A stretch of 64,000 bases of DNA from Candidatus Eiseniibacteriota bacterium. GTDB taxonomy: Bacteria; Eisenbacteria; RBG-16-71-46. The notes below the pieces were generated by a model, which searched no databases, was not told the DNA's origin, and saw only the letters and a list, made by a program, of their open reading frames with translations. Location: assembly GCA_963717505.1 (NCBI GenBank), contig OY970342.1, forward strand, positions 2,240,001-2,304,000, given 5' to 3'. A program made the translations under genes and the position numbers. Every line of letters begins with the position of its first letter. Position 1 is the stretch's first letter. Positions 18,198 to 28,054 of the stretch are shown here, piece by piece.

Positions 18198-20894
18198 ATG
18201 CCCACGACCTCTTCCGTCCGCACCGCGGCCGAGCTGCGCCGCGCCTTCCTCGATTTCTTCCAGCGCCAGGGGCACGTCGAGGTGCCGTCGTCACCGCTGG
18301 TGCCCAGCGATCCGACCATGCTGTTCACCACCGCCGGCATGGTGCAGTTCAAGCCCTACTACACCGCCGCCGGCGACGTGCCCTACACGCGTGCGGTCTC
18401 GGTGCAGAAGTGTCTGCGGCTCACCGACCTCGAGAACGTCGGCCTGACCCCGCGGCACGACACGTTCTTCGAGATGCTCGGCAACTTCTCGTTCGGTCCG
18501 CGCGAGAAGGGCGCCTACTTCAAGGCCGAAGCGATCGCGTTCGCCTGGGAGTTCGTCACCAAGACGCTCGGGCTGCCGAAGGATCGCCTGTACGCGTCGA
18601 TCTTCGAAGGCGAGGGCAAGCTGCCGCGCGACGACGAGGCGATCGAGCTGTGGAAGAAGATCGGGCTTCCGGCGGACCGCATCGTGCCGCTCGGGCGCAA
18701 GGACAACTTCTGGGGGCCGGCCGGCGGCGCGGGCGCCTGCGGGCCGTGCAGCGAGATCTACTTCGACCTGGGCGAGAAGCGTCCCGACTATTTGCCGGCC
18801 GGCACGTTCTGGGGCGAGCGTCCCGGAGATCCGGGCGATCGCTACATGGAGTTCTGGAACCTGGTGTTCCCGCAGTTCGACGCGGCCCCCGACGGCACGC
18901 TGACGCCGCTCGCGCGCCCGGGCATCGACACCGGCATGGGGATCGAGCGTCTGGCGTTGATCGTCCAGGGCAAGAGCACGATCTTCGAGACGGACGTGTT
19001 CGAGCCAGTCGTGAATGCTGCTCTTATGCACTTCGGGAGCCCGGGACCTGAGCACGTTCGGGCGGCGCGAATAATGGCCGACCATGTTCGAGCGCTCACG
19101 TTCGCCATGACCGAAGGTGTGCTGCCGGGGAACGAGGGTGCTGGCTATGTCTTGAGGCGGCTGTTAAGGAGAGCGATCGCCCGCTACAAGCTTGTCGGAG
19201 GAACGGGGTATCCGGTTCTTGCGGTCCTCTCTTCAATCGTTGTGGATGTTTTCGAGTCCCACTACCCACAACTTCGTTTTCGCGAGCAGTTTGTACAGGC
19301 GGCTCTCAGAAGCGAGGAAGAGTACTTCAATCGAGCATTCGAGTCCGGATTGGCGAGGCTTGAGGAGTACTTGACTAGAAGCCAGTCTGTCGCCGGCGAC
19401 GTTGCGTTCGAGCTGCACGACACCTACGGCTTCCCGATCGAGCTGACCGAGGAGATCGCGGCGGCGCGCGAGGTGGCGGTCGATCGCGAGGGCTTCGAGC
19501 GCGCAATGGACGAGCAGCGCGAGCGCGCACGCGCGGCCAGCAAGTTCGGCCGCACCGGCGAGGCACGCCCGTGGACGACGGCCATTTCGGGCGCCGATTC
19601 CGTATTCCTGGGCTGGACGTCGACGCGTGCCGAGGGCCTCGCCGTCCGCCGCTGGCGGGAGTCCGATGCGGGTACGTTCGAGGTCGTGCTCGATCGCACG
19701 CCGGTCTATGCGGAGTCGGGCGGGCAGGTCGCCGACCGAGGGACGCTGGAAGCTGGCGGCGCGGTTGCCGACCTGGTCCACGTCTACAAAGACGGCGAGT
19801 CGGTCGTCCACCGACTGAAAATGGCCTCGGGGAGTCGCGAAGCGTTCCTGGCCGCGGGCGCCAAGTCCGACGTGGTGGCCGAGGTTCCCGCGGCGCATCG
19901 GCTCCCGACCATGCGCCACCACACGGCGACGCATCTGCTGCACGCCGCACTGCGTACCGTGCTCGGCGATCACGTGCACCAGGCGGGTTCACTGGTCGCG
20001 CCCGATCGGCTGCGCTTCGACTACGCGCATTTCGAGGCGCCGAACCGCGATCAGCTCGACCGGATCGAGCGCCGCGTCGCCGAATGGATCCTGCGCGACC
20101 GCGAAGTGCGCTGGGAGATCCTGCCGATCGACCAGGCGCGCGCCAAGGGCGCGATGGCGCTGTTCGGCGAGAAGTACGGGGCTCAGGTACGGGTGGTCAC
20201 GGTCGACGGCGTCGCCGACGTCGGGATCGAACCCAGCCTCGAGCTGTGCGGCGGTACCCACGTGTCGCGCACCGGCGAAATCGGCGCATTCGCGATCGTC
20301 GACGAGTCGGCGATCGCGAGTGGCGTGCGCCGGGTCGAGGCGTTGTGCGGGCACGAAGCACTCGCGTATTTCAAGGCCCAGGGCCAGACGTTGGCGCGCG
20401 CGGCAGCCGCGCTGCAAGCGGCGCCCGCGCAACTGGTGGAGCAAATCGAAAAGCAGAAGGCTGAACTCGAGCGTCTGCGAAAGGAGCAAGCCGATGCCAA
20501 GCGCGGCGGACTCGAGGCCGAAATGACCGGCCTGGTCGCCGGCGCGAGTGCCGCGGCCAACGGTCGCTGGGTGGTGGCGGAGCTTCAGTCCGAGGCCGAC
20601 GCCAACGCCGCGCGCGACGCGGCCGACCGGCTGCGCGGGGCCCTCGGCCGTGGTGCGGCGGTGCTCGCCATCAAGAACCAGGGCAAGACCACGTTTCTGG
20701 CCGCGGTGTCGGACGATCTGGTCGCCGAGAAGAAGATGAACGCGTCCGATCTGGTCAAGCGCGTAGCGCAGGTGACCGGCGGCTCGGGCGGCGGCAAGCC
20801 GCACCTGGCGCTCGCCGGGGCCAAGGATCAGGGCAAGGTGGCCGAGGCGCTCGACGAGGCGCGCCGACTGCTCGCCGAGGCGCTCGGTTCGTGA
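18198..20894 (+). CDS. alaS: Alanine--tRNA ligase
   Basis: FTTAGMVQFK, HDTFFEMLGNFSFG, DTGMGIER, HHTATHLLH, ELCGGTH, GGSGGGKP. Confidence 0.99.
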   Translation: MPTTSSVRTAAELRRAFLDFFQRQGHVEVPSSPLVPSDPTMLFTTAGMVQFKPYYTAAGDVPYTRAVSVQKCLRLTDLENVGLTPRHDTFFEMLGNFSFGPREKGAYFKAEAIAFAWEFVTKTLGLPKDRLYASIFEGEGKLPRDDEAIELWKKIGLPADRIVPLGRKDNFWGPAGGAGACGPCSEIYFDLGEKRPDYLPAGTFWGERPGDPGDRYMEFWNLVFPQFDAAPDGTLTPLARPGIDTGMGIERLALIVQGKSTIFETDVFEPVVNAALMHFGSPGPEHVRAARIMADHVRALTFAMTEGVLPGNEGAGYVLRRLLRRAIARYKLVGGTGYPVLAVLSSIVVDVFESHYPQLRFREQFVQAALRSEEEYFNRAFESGLARLEEYLTRSQSVAGDVAFELHDTYGFPIELTEEIAAAREVAVDREGFERAMDEQRERARAASKFGRTGEARPWTTAISGADSVFLGWTSTRAEGLAVRRWRESDAGTFEVVLDRTPVYAESGGQVADRGTLEAGGAVADLVHVYKDGESVVHRLKMASGSREAFLAAGAKSDVVAEVPAAHRLPTMRHHTATHLLHAALRTVLGDHVHQAGSLVAPDRLRFDYAHFEAPNRDQLDRIERRVAEWILRDREVRWEILPIDQARAKGAMALFGEKYGAQVRVVTVDGVADVGIEPSLELCGGTHVSRTGEIGAFAIVDESAIASGVRRVEALCGHEALAYFKAQGQTLARAAAALQAAPAQLVEQIEKQKAELERLRKEQADAKRGGLEAEMTGLVAGASAAANGRWVVAELQSEADANAARDAADRLRGALGRGAAVLAIKNQGKTTFLAAVSDDLVAEKKMNASDLVKRVAQVTGGSGGGKPHLALAGAKDQGKVAEALDEARRLLAEALGS

Positions 20895-20919
20895 GCCGGC
20901 GCTGCGCAGGGAGGCGCAC

Positions 20920-22044
20920 GTGAAGGCGCTGGTTCTCGCCGGCGGTCGCGGCACGCGGCTCCGCCCGATCACGCACACCAGCGCCAAGCAGTTGGTTCCC
21001 GTGGCCAACAAGCCCGTCCTCTTCTACGGGCTCGAAGCGATTCGCGACGCCGGCATCCGCGAGGTCGGCATCGTGGTCAGCGATCCGCGCGAGATGCTGC
21101 GCCCCGATCATCGCACCGGCGAGATGGTCACGGTCATGGTCAACAGCCAGGCCGAGATCCGCGCCGCGGTCGGCGACGGCTCGAAGTTCGACATGAAGGT
21201 GACCTACATCGAGCAGGAATCCCCGCTCGGCCTCGCGCACGCGGTCAAGATCTCCGAGAGTTACATGGCGGGAGAGCCGTTCGTCATGTATTTGGGCGAC
21301 AACCTGATCAAGGACGGCATCGCCCCATTCGTCCGCGAGTTCACCGAAGAGAAGCCCAATGCCCAGATCCTGTTGGCGCAGGTCAAGACGCCCGAGGACT
21401 TCGGGGTCGCCGAGCTGGAGGGCGATCGGGTGGTGCGACTCGAGGAAAAGCCGAAGCACCCGAAAAGCGATCTGGCGCTGGTCGGCGTCTACCTGTTCGA
21501 CGCCACGGTATTCGACGCCGTGCGCGCGATCCAGCCGTCGAAGCGCGGCGAGCTCGAGATCACCGATGCGATCCAGCAGTTGATCGACTCCGGCCGGCGG
21601 GTGCGCTCGCACGTGATCCGCGGCTGGTGGAAGGACACCGGCAAGGTCGAAGACATGCTCGAGGGCAATCGCATGATGTTGGGCGCGATCGAGACCGCGA
21701 TCGCCGGCACGGTCGACGCCGCGAGCGCGATCGAGGGCCGGGTCGTGATCGGCGAGGGCGCGGTGGTCGAGCGCTCGCGACTGCGCGGGCCGCTAATCAT
21801 CGGTCGCAATGCTCGGGTGATCGACTCTTACGTAGGTCCATTCACCTCGATCGGTGATGGCGTGAGCGTGGTGCACAGCGAAATCGAGCACTCGATCGTG
21901 CTCGAGCGCAGCCGGATCGAGCACGTTCCGCACCGGATCGAGTCGAGCCTGATCGGCAAGGAAGCGGTGGTGTGCCGGAGCGACGCGCGCCCGCGTACGC
22001 ATCGGCTGGTGCTCGGCGACTCGAGCCGGGTGGAACTGCCGTGA
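20920..22044 (+). CDS. rfbA: Glucose-1-phosphate thymidylyltransferase (long form)
   Basis: LAGGRGTRLRPIT..AKQL, YLGDN, RGELEITD, WKDTG, C-terminal beta-helix. Confidence 0.95.
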   Translation: MKALVLAGGRGTRLRPITHTSAKQLVPVANKPVLFYGLEAIRDAGIREVGIVVSDPREMLRPDHRTGEMVTVMVNSQAEIRAAVGDGSKFDMKVTYIEQESPLGLAHAVKISESYMAGEPFVMYLGDNLIKDGIAPFVREFTEEKPNAQILLAQVKTPEDFGVAELEGDRVVRLEEKPKHPKSDLALVGVYLFDATVFDAVRAIQPSKRGELEITDAIQQLIDSGRRVRSHVIRGWWKDTGKVEDMLEGNRMMLGAIETAIAGTVDAASAIEGRVVIGEGAVVERSRLRGPLIIGRNARVIDSYVGPFTSIGDGVSVVHSEIEHSIVLERSRIEHVPHRIESSLIGKEAVVCRSDARPRTHRLVLGDSSRVELP

Positions 22045-22922
22045 GGGTCGTGATCACCGGTGCACGCGGCATGCTGGCGCGTGCCGTGCTGCGGGCACTC
22101 GAGCGCGCCGGGCACGAAGCCCTGCCGCTCGCCCGCGCCGACGCCGACGTCACGCGGCCCGAGGCGCTCGATCACGCGCTCGCGACCTTCAAGGCCGATT
22201 GGATCTTCCACCTGGCCGGGTTCGTCCGGGTCGACGACTGCGAGTCGCAGGTCGACGAGACGTTTCGAGTGAACGGCTTCGGCTCCCGGAACGTCGCCCT
22301 GGCGTCGGTCCGTCACGACGTGCCCCTGCTCGCGATCTCGAGCGACTACGTGTTCGACGGCCGGTCGCGCCGGCCGTATCGCGAGTACGATCCGGCGGCA
22401 CCGCTCTCGGTGTACGGCGCTTCGAAGTGGGCGGGTGAGCAGGCGATCCGCGAGCTGCAGCCGCGCCACACGATCGTGCGCACTTCGTGGCTCTACGGTC
22501 GCGGGGGCGCCAACTTCGTCGACACCATTCTGGCGAAAGCCCGCGCCGGCGAGGCCTTGCGCGTGGTCGACGACCAGCACGGCTCGCCGACCTGGACCTC
22601 GGACCTGGCGCCGGCGCTGATCGCGCTCGCCACGCGGGGAGCGCTCGGCACCTTCCACGTCACCAACACCGGCGGCTGCACGTGGCATGATCTGGCGGTG
22701 CGCGTGTGCGCGGGCGCACGGCTCGAGGTGGCGATCGAGCGCATCTCGAGTCGCGACCTGGCTCGGGCGGCGCCGCGGCCGGCCTACTCGGTGCTCGACG
22801 GCCGGTTGTTCCGCGAGGTCACGGGGACCACGATGCCGTCGTGGGACGACGCGCTGGACCGCTACCTGGCTTCGCTCGAGGTGCGCGAGGTCGAACCGTT
22901 GGCCAAGGAGGCACGACGATGA
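22041..22922 (+). CDS. rfbD: dTDP-4-dehydrorhamnose reductase
   Basis: TGARGMLA, ISSDYVFDG, YGASK, DQHGSPT, RPAYSVL. Confidence 0.95.
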   Translation: MRVVITGARGMLARAVLRALERAGHEALPLARADADVTRPEALDHALATFKADWIFHLAGFVRVDDCESQVDETFRVNGFGSRNVALASVRHDVPLLAISSDYVFDGRSRRPYREYDPAAPLSVYGASKWAGEQAIRELQPRHTIVRTSWLYGRGGANFVDTILAKARAGEALRVVDDQHGSPTWTSDLAPALIALATRGALGTFHVTNTGGCTWHDLAVRVCAGARLEVAIERISSRDLARAAPRPAYSVLDGRLFREVTGTTMPSWDDALDRYLASLEVREVEPLAKEARR

Positions 22923-23635
22923 CGGCACGCCGCAAGCAGGGGGTTCTTCGGCGATCGGCGCGCAGAAAGTCCGGTCCGCTCGAGCGCGAGGCGCGAGCCG
23001 CGCTGGCCGCGTCGTCGCGGGCACTGCGCCTGATCGAACGCACGGCGGGCGACGTCGCCGCCGCGGCGGAAACCATGATCGCGTGTCTCGGCGGGGGCGG
23101 CACGGTGTTCTTCTGCGGCAACGGGGGCAGCGCAGCCGATGCCCAGCACTTCGCCGCCGAGCTGGCCGGCCGCTATCTGATCGACCGACCGTCGCTGCCG
23201 GCGTTGGCGCTGACCACCAACACTTCGTCGCTGACTGCGATCGGCAACGACTTCGGCTTCGACCAGGTGTTCGAGCGCCAGCTCGAGGCGCTCGGTTCAC
23301 CGGGCGACGTGTTGGTCGCGATCACCACCAGCGGACGATCGGCCAACGTGCTGCGCGCGGTGGCGACCGCGCATCGGTTGGGGATGGGCGTGATCGGGTT
23401 CACCGGGCTGCCCGGGCGCGCGTTTGCCGCCCAGTGCGACGTGGCCCTGGTCACGCCGCACGCGGCGACCCCGCGAATTCAGGAAGGCCATCTGGCGATG
23501 GGCCACGCACTGTGCGAGCTGGTCGAGCGCGGGATGTTCGGCGCGCGCCGCCAGGGCCGTGCGGCCGGAGCCCGCCGCACCCGGAAGGCGGCCCGGTCCG
23601 TCGGGGCTGCCCGAGCTTCGACCCGCCACCGATGA
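22919..23635 (+). CDS. gmhA: Phosphoheptose isomerase (SIS domain)
   Basis: CGNGGSAADAQH, TAIGND, TTSGRSANV, RIQEGH. Confidence 0.95.
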   Translation: MTARRKQGVLRRSARRKSGPLEREARAALAASSRALRLIERTAGDVAAAAETMIACLGGGGTVFFCGNGGSAADAQHFAAELAGRYLIDRPSLPALALTTNTSSLTAIGNDFGFDQVFERQLEALGSPGDVLVAITTSGRSANVLRAVATAHRLGMGVIGFTGLPGRAFAAQCDVALVTPHAATPRIQEGHLAMGHALCELVERGMFGARRQGRAAGARRTRKAARSVGAARASTRHR

Positions 23636-24519
23636 TCGACTTCGTTCGCGCGCTGAGACCGCGGCAATGGACCAAGAACCTGCTGGTCTTTGCCGGCGTC
23701 GTGTTCTCGCGCAACGTCACCGACCTCGATCTGATGACGCGGGCGGCGGCGGGATTCCTCGCCTTTTCGCTGCTCTCGAGCTGCGTCTACGTGGTCAACG
23801 ACGTCCGCGACATCGCCGTCGACCGCATGCACCCCAAGAAGCGCAAGCGCGCAATCGCTTCCGGGCGCCTGCGTCCCGAGGTCGCGCTCGCCGGCACCGG
23901 GCCACTGCTCGCGCTGGTGGTCGCCCTGGCGCTGTGGCTGGGCACCGGGTTCTCGATCGTCCTCGCCGTCTACCTGGCCCTGAATCTCGCGTACACCTTC
24001 ATCTTCAAGAATGTGGTCCTGATCGACGTGTTCCTGATCGCGACCGGGTTCGTGCTGCGCGCGATCGCCGGGGTCGAGCTGCTGCAGCCGGTCGCACCCG
24101 ACACGTCGCTGTCGCCGTGGCTCCTGGTGTGCACGTTCTTCGGGGCCTTGTTCCTGGCGCTGGCCAAGCGCCGGCGCGAGATCACCAATGCCGGCGAGAC
24201 CGCCGCCCAGCAGCGCGAGGTGCTGGCGTCGTACACGGCCGAGTTCCTCGACGGCCTGCTGATCGCCTCGGCCGCGACCAGCATGATGAGCTACGCGCTC
24301 TACACGATCTGGCCGGGAACGGTCGAGAAGTTCGGCACCGAGCGGCTGCTCTACACGGTTCCGATCGTCGCCTACGGCATCTTCCGCTACCTGTTCCTGG
24401 TCCATCGCTCGGCCTCGAGCGAGGATCCCTCGCTGGTCCTGCTCACCGATCGTCCGATGCAGATCTGCGTGCTCAGCTATCTCGCTGCGGTGCTGGTGGT
24501 TCTGTACGGGCCGTGGTGA
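23632..24519 (+). CDS. UbiA-family decaprenyl-phosphate phosphoribosyltransferase-like protein
   Basis: RPRQWTKN, NDVRD..DRMHPKKRKRAIASG, GFVLR, AKRRRE, EDP..D. Confidence 0.9.
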   Translation: MIDFVRALRPRQWTKNLLVFAGVVFSRNVTDLDLMTRAAAGFLAFSLLSSCVYVVNDVRDIAVDRMHPKKRKRAIASGRLRPEVALAGTGPLLALVVALALWLGTGFSIVLAVYLALNLAYTFIFKNVVLIDVFLIATGFVLRAIAGVELLQPVAPDTSLSPWLLVCTFFGALFLALAKRRREITNAGETAAQQREVLASYTAEFLDGLLIASAATSMMSYALYTIWPGTVEKFGTERLLYTVPIVAYGIFRYLFLVHRSASSEDPSLVLLTDRPMQICVLSYLAAVLVVLYGPW

Positions 24520-25487
24520 TCCGCCGATCACCCGGGCTCGGCCGTGTCGTGATCGAGGCCCGGGCCAAGCTCAACCTTGGGCTCCAGGTCGGTCCCAAGC
24601 GGCCCGACGGATTCCACGACCTATTTACCGTCTTTCAGTCGGTCAGCCTTGCCGACACGCTCGTGATCGAGCGAGCGCGGCGAGGGTTCACCCTGGCCGT
24701 GCGCTACCAGGACGCGAGTCTGCCGAGGGTTGCGCGGCTGCCCGCCGAACGAGGCCGGCCCCGAAAGTCGCCAACGCGCGGGGTTCCCACCGGGGCCGAC
24801 AATCTCGTCCTGCGTGCGGCGCACCTCGTGGCCGGCGAACTCGGAATCCGGGGTGGCGCCCGCTTCACGCTGATCAAGCGCATCCCGGCAATGGCCGGGA
24901 TGGGCGGCGGCAGCGCCGATGCCGCGGCGGTGCTTCACGGTCTGCCGGCGTTATTCGGGGCGCGGCTGACGCCGCGTCGCCGCATGGCGCTCGCGCTCGA
25001 GCTCGGCTCCGACGTGCCGTTCGCCTGCGTCGGCGGCACCGCGATCGGCCTCGGCCGCGGCGAGCGACTCACGGGCAAACGGCTGACGTCGCCCTTCCGC
25101 GCCCTGGTGGCCATGCCGCCATGGCGGGTTTCGACCGCTCAGGCGTTCGCTCGGATCGACCGTGGAAGAATGGGCTTGACAGCGCGGCGGCTGACTCTAC
25201 TATCCGGCCAACTCTTTGGGCGCGAGCGACTAAGCGCGACAACGTGCGTGCGCCTTGGCAACACCTTTGAAGGGGTGTTGGGGAACAGGTCGCGAGAGTT
25301 TCGCGAGCTTCGCGAACGGATGCGAGCTGCGGGACTGATCGATGTCCGCATGACCGGAAGCGGTTCTGCGGTCTTCGGGATCCTCCGACCGGGGTTCCCT
25401 GCGCACCGAGTCGCAGGTCGATTCGCGGGTAGCGAGCCGCTGTATCTGGTGCGCTCGGTCGCGAGCGGAGTGCGACTGGCAACTTGA
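24516..25487 (+). CDS. ispE: 4-diphosphocytidyl-2-C-methyl-D-erythritol kinase
   Basis: AKLNLGL..RPDGFH, KRIPAMAGMGGGSADAAA, LGSDVPF, MTGSGSAVF. Confidence 0.95.
   Translation: MIRRSPGLGRVVIEARAKLNLGLQVGPKRPDGFHDLFTVFQSVSLADTLVIERARRGFTLAVRYQDASLPRVARLPAERGRPRKSPTRGVPTGADNLVLRAAHLVAGELGIRGGARFTLIKRIPAMAGMGGGSADAAAVLHGLPALFGARLTPRRRMALALELGSDVPFACVGGTAIGLGRGERLTGKRLTSPFRALVAMPPWRVSTAQAFARIDRGRMGLTARRLTLLSGQLFGRERLSATTCVRLGNTFEGVLGNRSREFRELRERMRAAGLIDVRMTGSGSAVFGILRPGFPAHRVAGRFAGSEPLYLVRSVASGVRLAT
25176..25203 (+). promoter_or_regulatory. Sigma-70 promoter internal to ispE
   Basis: TTGACA-16 nt-TACTAT. Confidence 0.5.
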
Positions 25488-25597
25488 GTGGAGGCATGGA
25501 TGCAGACTGCTCAAGACCCCGACAGTTCCCCCGACCGGGGAGACCGCGCGTTTGGCCGCCGCGATCCGATTCCGGGTCGCCTCATGGAGGCTCGCCC

Positions 25598-25894
25598 ATG
25601 ATCGAGATCACGGAAGTCCGCGTATCCCTGCGCAGTGACGAAAAACTGAAAGCGTTCGTCAGCATCACGCTGAACAACGCGTTCGTCATTCGGGGACTCA
25701 AGGTCATCCACGGCAACAACGGCCTGTTCGTCGCCATGCCGAGCCGCAAGCGGCCCGACGGCCAGCACCAGGACCTCGCCCACCCGATCAACGACGCCAC
25801 CCGCAAGTACCTGACGCAGAAGGTCCTGTCGGAGTACGAGCGCGAGCTGGCGACGCCGAGCCGCGACGAGGCCCACGCGCGCGAGACCTACTGA
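25598..25894 (+). CDS. spoVG: SpoVG family protein
   Basis: EITEVRV..KLKAFVSIT..GLFVAMPSRK..DLAHPI; GGAGG RBS. Confidence 0.95.
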   Translation: MIEITEVRVSLRSDEKLKAFVSITLNNAFVIRGLKVIHGNNGLFVAMPSRKRPDGQHQDLAHPINDATRKYLTQKVLSEYERELATPSRDEAHARETY

Positions 25895-25973
25895 GGCCAG
25901 CCGGCAGAGGCCGGTCTTCCGCGGCCCGCATGCGGGGCCGCCCGCCGGGACCAGGCCGAAGCGGGCGCCGGGT

Positions 25974-26002
25974 TTGACGCCGCGGCGCGAAACCCCTAGA
26001 TT
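25974..26002 (+). promoter_or_regulatory. Sigma-70 promoter upstream of tRNA-Gln/prs
   Basis: TTGACG-17 nt-TAGATT. Confidence 0.6.
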
Positions 26003-26117
26003 CCGCGGGCTTTTTCAGGGCCAGCAGCCATCACCCCGGCTCGCGTCTCGACCGAGGTTTTCTCACTCGGTTCCGGTATCGTCGAGCGGTCCGTGACGGA
26101 ATACCCGTTCCTGTTGG

Positions 26118-26192
26118 TGGGGCGTGGCCAAGCGGTAAGGCACGAGACTTTGGATCTCGCATCCGGAGGTTCGAATCCTCCCGCCCCAGCCA
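26118..26192 (+). tRNA. tRNA-Gln (TTG)
   Basis: Acceptor TGGGGCG/CGCCCCA, anticodon arm CGAGA-CTTTGGA-TCTCG, GGTTCGAATCC, encoded CCA. Confidence 0.97.
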
Positions 26193-26358
26193 ACCGGCGG
26201 CGCGGGGGAGACGGGCCCGCGGCCTCGTAGGGCCGCGCCACCGGGCGCCCGACACGGATCCAAACCGGCCACCGCCTGGGCCCCGCGCAGGCAGGGAATC
26301 CGTCGCGCGGTGTGAGTGCTTCCCTGGCCGTTCGTCCGATCACTCGGAGGTGCCCTGC

Positions 26359-27285
26359 ATGGACCCGTGTCGCGTGTTCGCCGGCAACGCCAGCCGCAAG
26401 CTCGCCCAGTCCATCTGCGAGAAGCTCAAGGTGCCGCTCGGCGACGTCGAGGTCGACCGTTTCGAAGACGGCGAGGTCTCGGTGCGCTTCAACGAGAACA
26501 TTCGCGGCAGTGACGTGTTCATCGTCCAGGCGACGCATGCCCCGTCGGACAACCTGATGGAGCTGCTGGTCATGCTCGACGCCGCCAAGCGCGCGTCGGC
26601 CCGGCGCGTGACCGCCGTGATGCCGTACTTCGGCTATGCGCGCCAGGATCGCAAGGACCAGCCGCGAGCCCCGATCACCGCCAAGCTGGTCGCCAACCTG
26701 ATCACCGTGGCCGGCGCCGACCGGGCGCTGACCATGGATCTGCACAGCGCCCAGATCCAGGGCTTCTTCGACATCCCGTTCGACCACCTCTACGCCGCAC
26801 CGGTGCTGATCGAGTACTTCAGCAAGAAGAAGATTCCGGACCTGGTGGTCGTGGCCCCCGACATCGGCAGCGTCAAGATGGCGCGGGCTTACGCCAAGCG
26901 GCTCGGCGCCGACCTGGCGCTGGTCGACAAGCGCCGGCCGCGCGCCGATGCGGTCGAGCTGATGAACATCATCGGCGACGTCAAGGGCCGGAACTGCGTG
27001 CTGTTCGACGACATGATCTCGACCGCGCGCACGTTGTGCCAGGCGGCCGAGGCCATCAAGGAGCGCGGGGCGCTTCGCGTGTTCGCCGGCGCTTCGCACG
27101 GCGTCCTGTGCGACGGCGCCTACGAGCGGCTCACGGCGTCGGCGATCGAAGAAGTGGTGGTGACCGACACGCTGCACCACGAGCGGATGCCGCCACGCTT
27201 CGTCGAGTTGTCGATCGCCGGCTTGATCGGCGAGGCCCTGCAGCGGATTCACGAAGAGCGTTCACTCAGTTCCCTGTTCGTCTGA
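26359..27285 (+). CDS. prs: Ribose-phosphate pyrophosphokinase
   Basis: FEDGE, PYFGYARQDRK, DLHSAQIQGFFD, DKRR, DDMISTA. Confidence 0.97.
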   Translation: MDPCRVFAGNASRKLAQSICEKLKVPLGDVEVDRFEDGEVSVRFNENIRGSDVFIVQATHAPSDNLMELLVMLDAAKRASARRVTAVMPYFGYARQDRKDQPRAPITAKLVANLITVAGADRALTMDLHSAQIQGFFDIPFDHLYAAPVLIEYFSKKKIPDLVVVAPDIGSVKMARAYAKRLGADLALVDKRRPRADAVELMNIIGDVKGRNCVLFDDMISTARTLCQAAEAIKERGALRVFAGASHGVLCDGAYERLTASAIEEVVVTDTLHHERMPPRFVELSIAGLIGEALQRIHEERSLSSLFV

Positions 27286-27367
27286 CCCGGGTGGTCGCGC
27301 ACGGCGCGGCCATCCTTCACCGGCCCTCCGGAGATCCGGAGGCCGATAGGCAAGAAGGAGGAGACTC

Positions 27368-28051
27368 ATGGCAGTGATCCAGCTCCCCGCCGACCGTCGC
27401 GCGGCGCTCGGCAAGGGCGGGGCGCGCAAGACGCGGGCGGCCGGCAGCATTCCGGCGATTCTCTACGGGCACGGCGAGACGCCGGTGCCGCTCAACATCG
27501 GCGCCCGGACGTTCGAGCTCGCCTTGCGCCACCACAAGGGCGGCAACGCGATCGTCAACCTGGCGGTCAGCGGCAGCGAATACACTGCGCTGATGCGCGC
27601 CGTCCAATACGATCCGGTGACCCACAACATCCTGCACCTCGACTTCCAGCACATTTCGCTGACCGAGAAGATCGAAGTCGAGGTCGCGGTGCACCTGGTC
27701 GGGCTGCCGCTCGGTGTCAAGGACAGCGGCGGCATTCTCGAGCACATCACCCGCCACATTCGCGTGCGCTGTCTGCCGACCGCGATTCCGGCGTCGGTCG
27801 ACGTCGACGTCTCCGCACTCAACATCGGAGACTCGGTGCACGTCAGTGATCTGCCGATCGGCGATCTCGATCTGCTGACCGATTCCGATGTCACCGTGGC
27901 GACCGTGGTGCCGCCGAGCGTGATCGAGGAGCCGGTTGCGGCCGAGGCAGCGGTGGCGGCAGCGGTGGAGGGCGCACCGGCCGAGCCCGAAGTCATCGCC
28001 AAGGGCAAGAAGGAGGAGGGGGCTCCTGCCGAGGAGAAGGAGAAGAAGTAG
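27368..28051 (+). CDS. rplY: 50S ribosomal protein L25 (Ctc)
   Basis: GKGGARKTR..IPAILYG, HLDF, LNIGDSVHVSDL, EPEVIAKGKK. Confidence 0.96.
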   Translation: MAVIQLPADRRAALGKGGARKTRAAGSIPAILYGHGETPVPLNIGARTFELALRHHKGGNAIVNLAVSGSEYTALMRAVQYDPVTHNILHLDFQHISLTEKIEVEVAVHLVGLPLGVKDSGGILEHITRHIRVRCLPTAIPASVDVDVSALNIGDSVHVSDLPIGDLDLLTDSDVTVATVVPPSVIEEPVAAEAAVAAAVEGAPAEPEVIAKGKKEEGAPAEEKEKK

Positions 28052-28054
28052 TCC

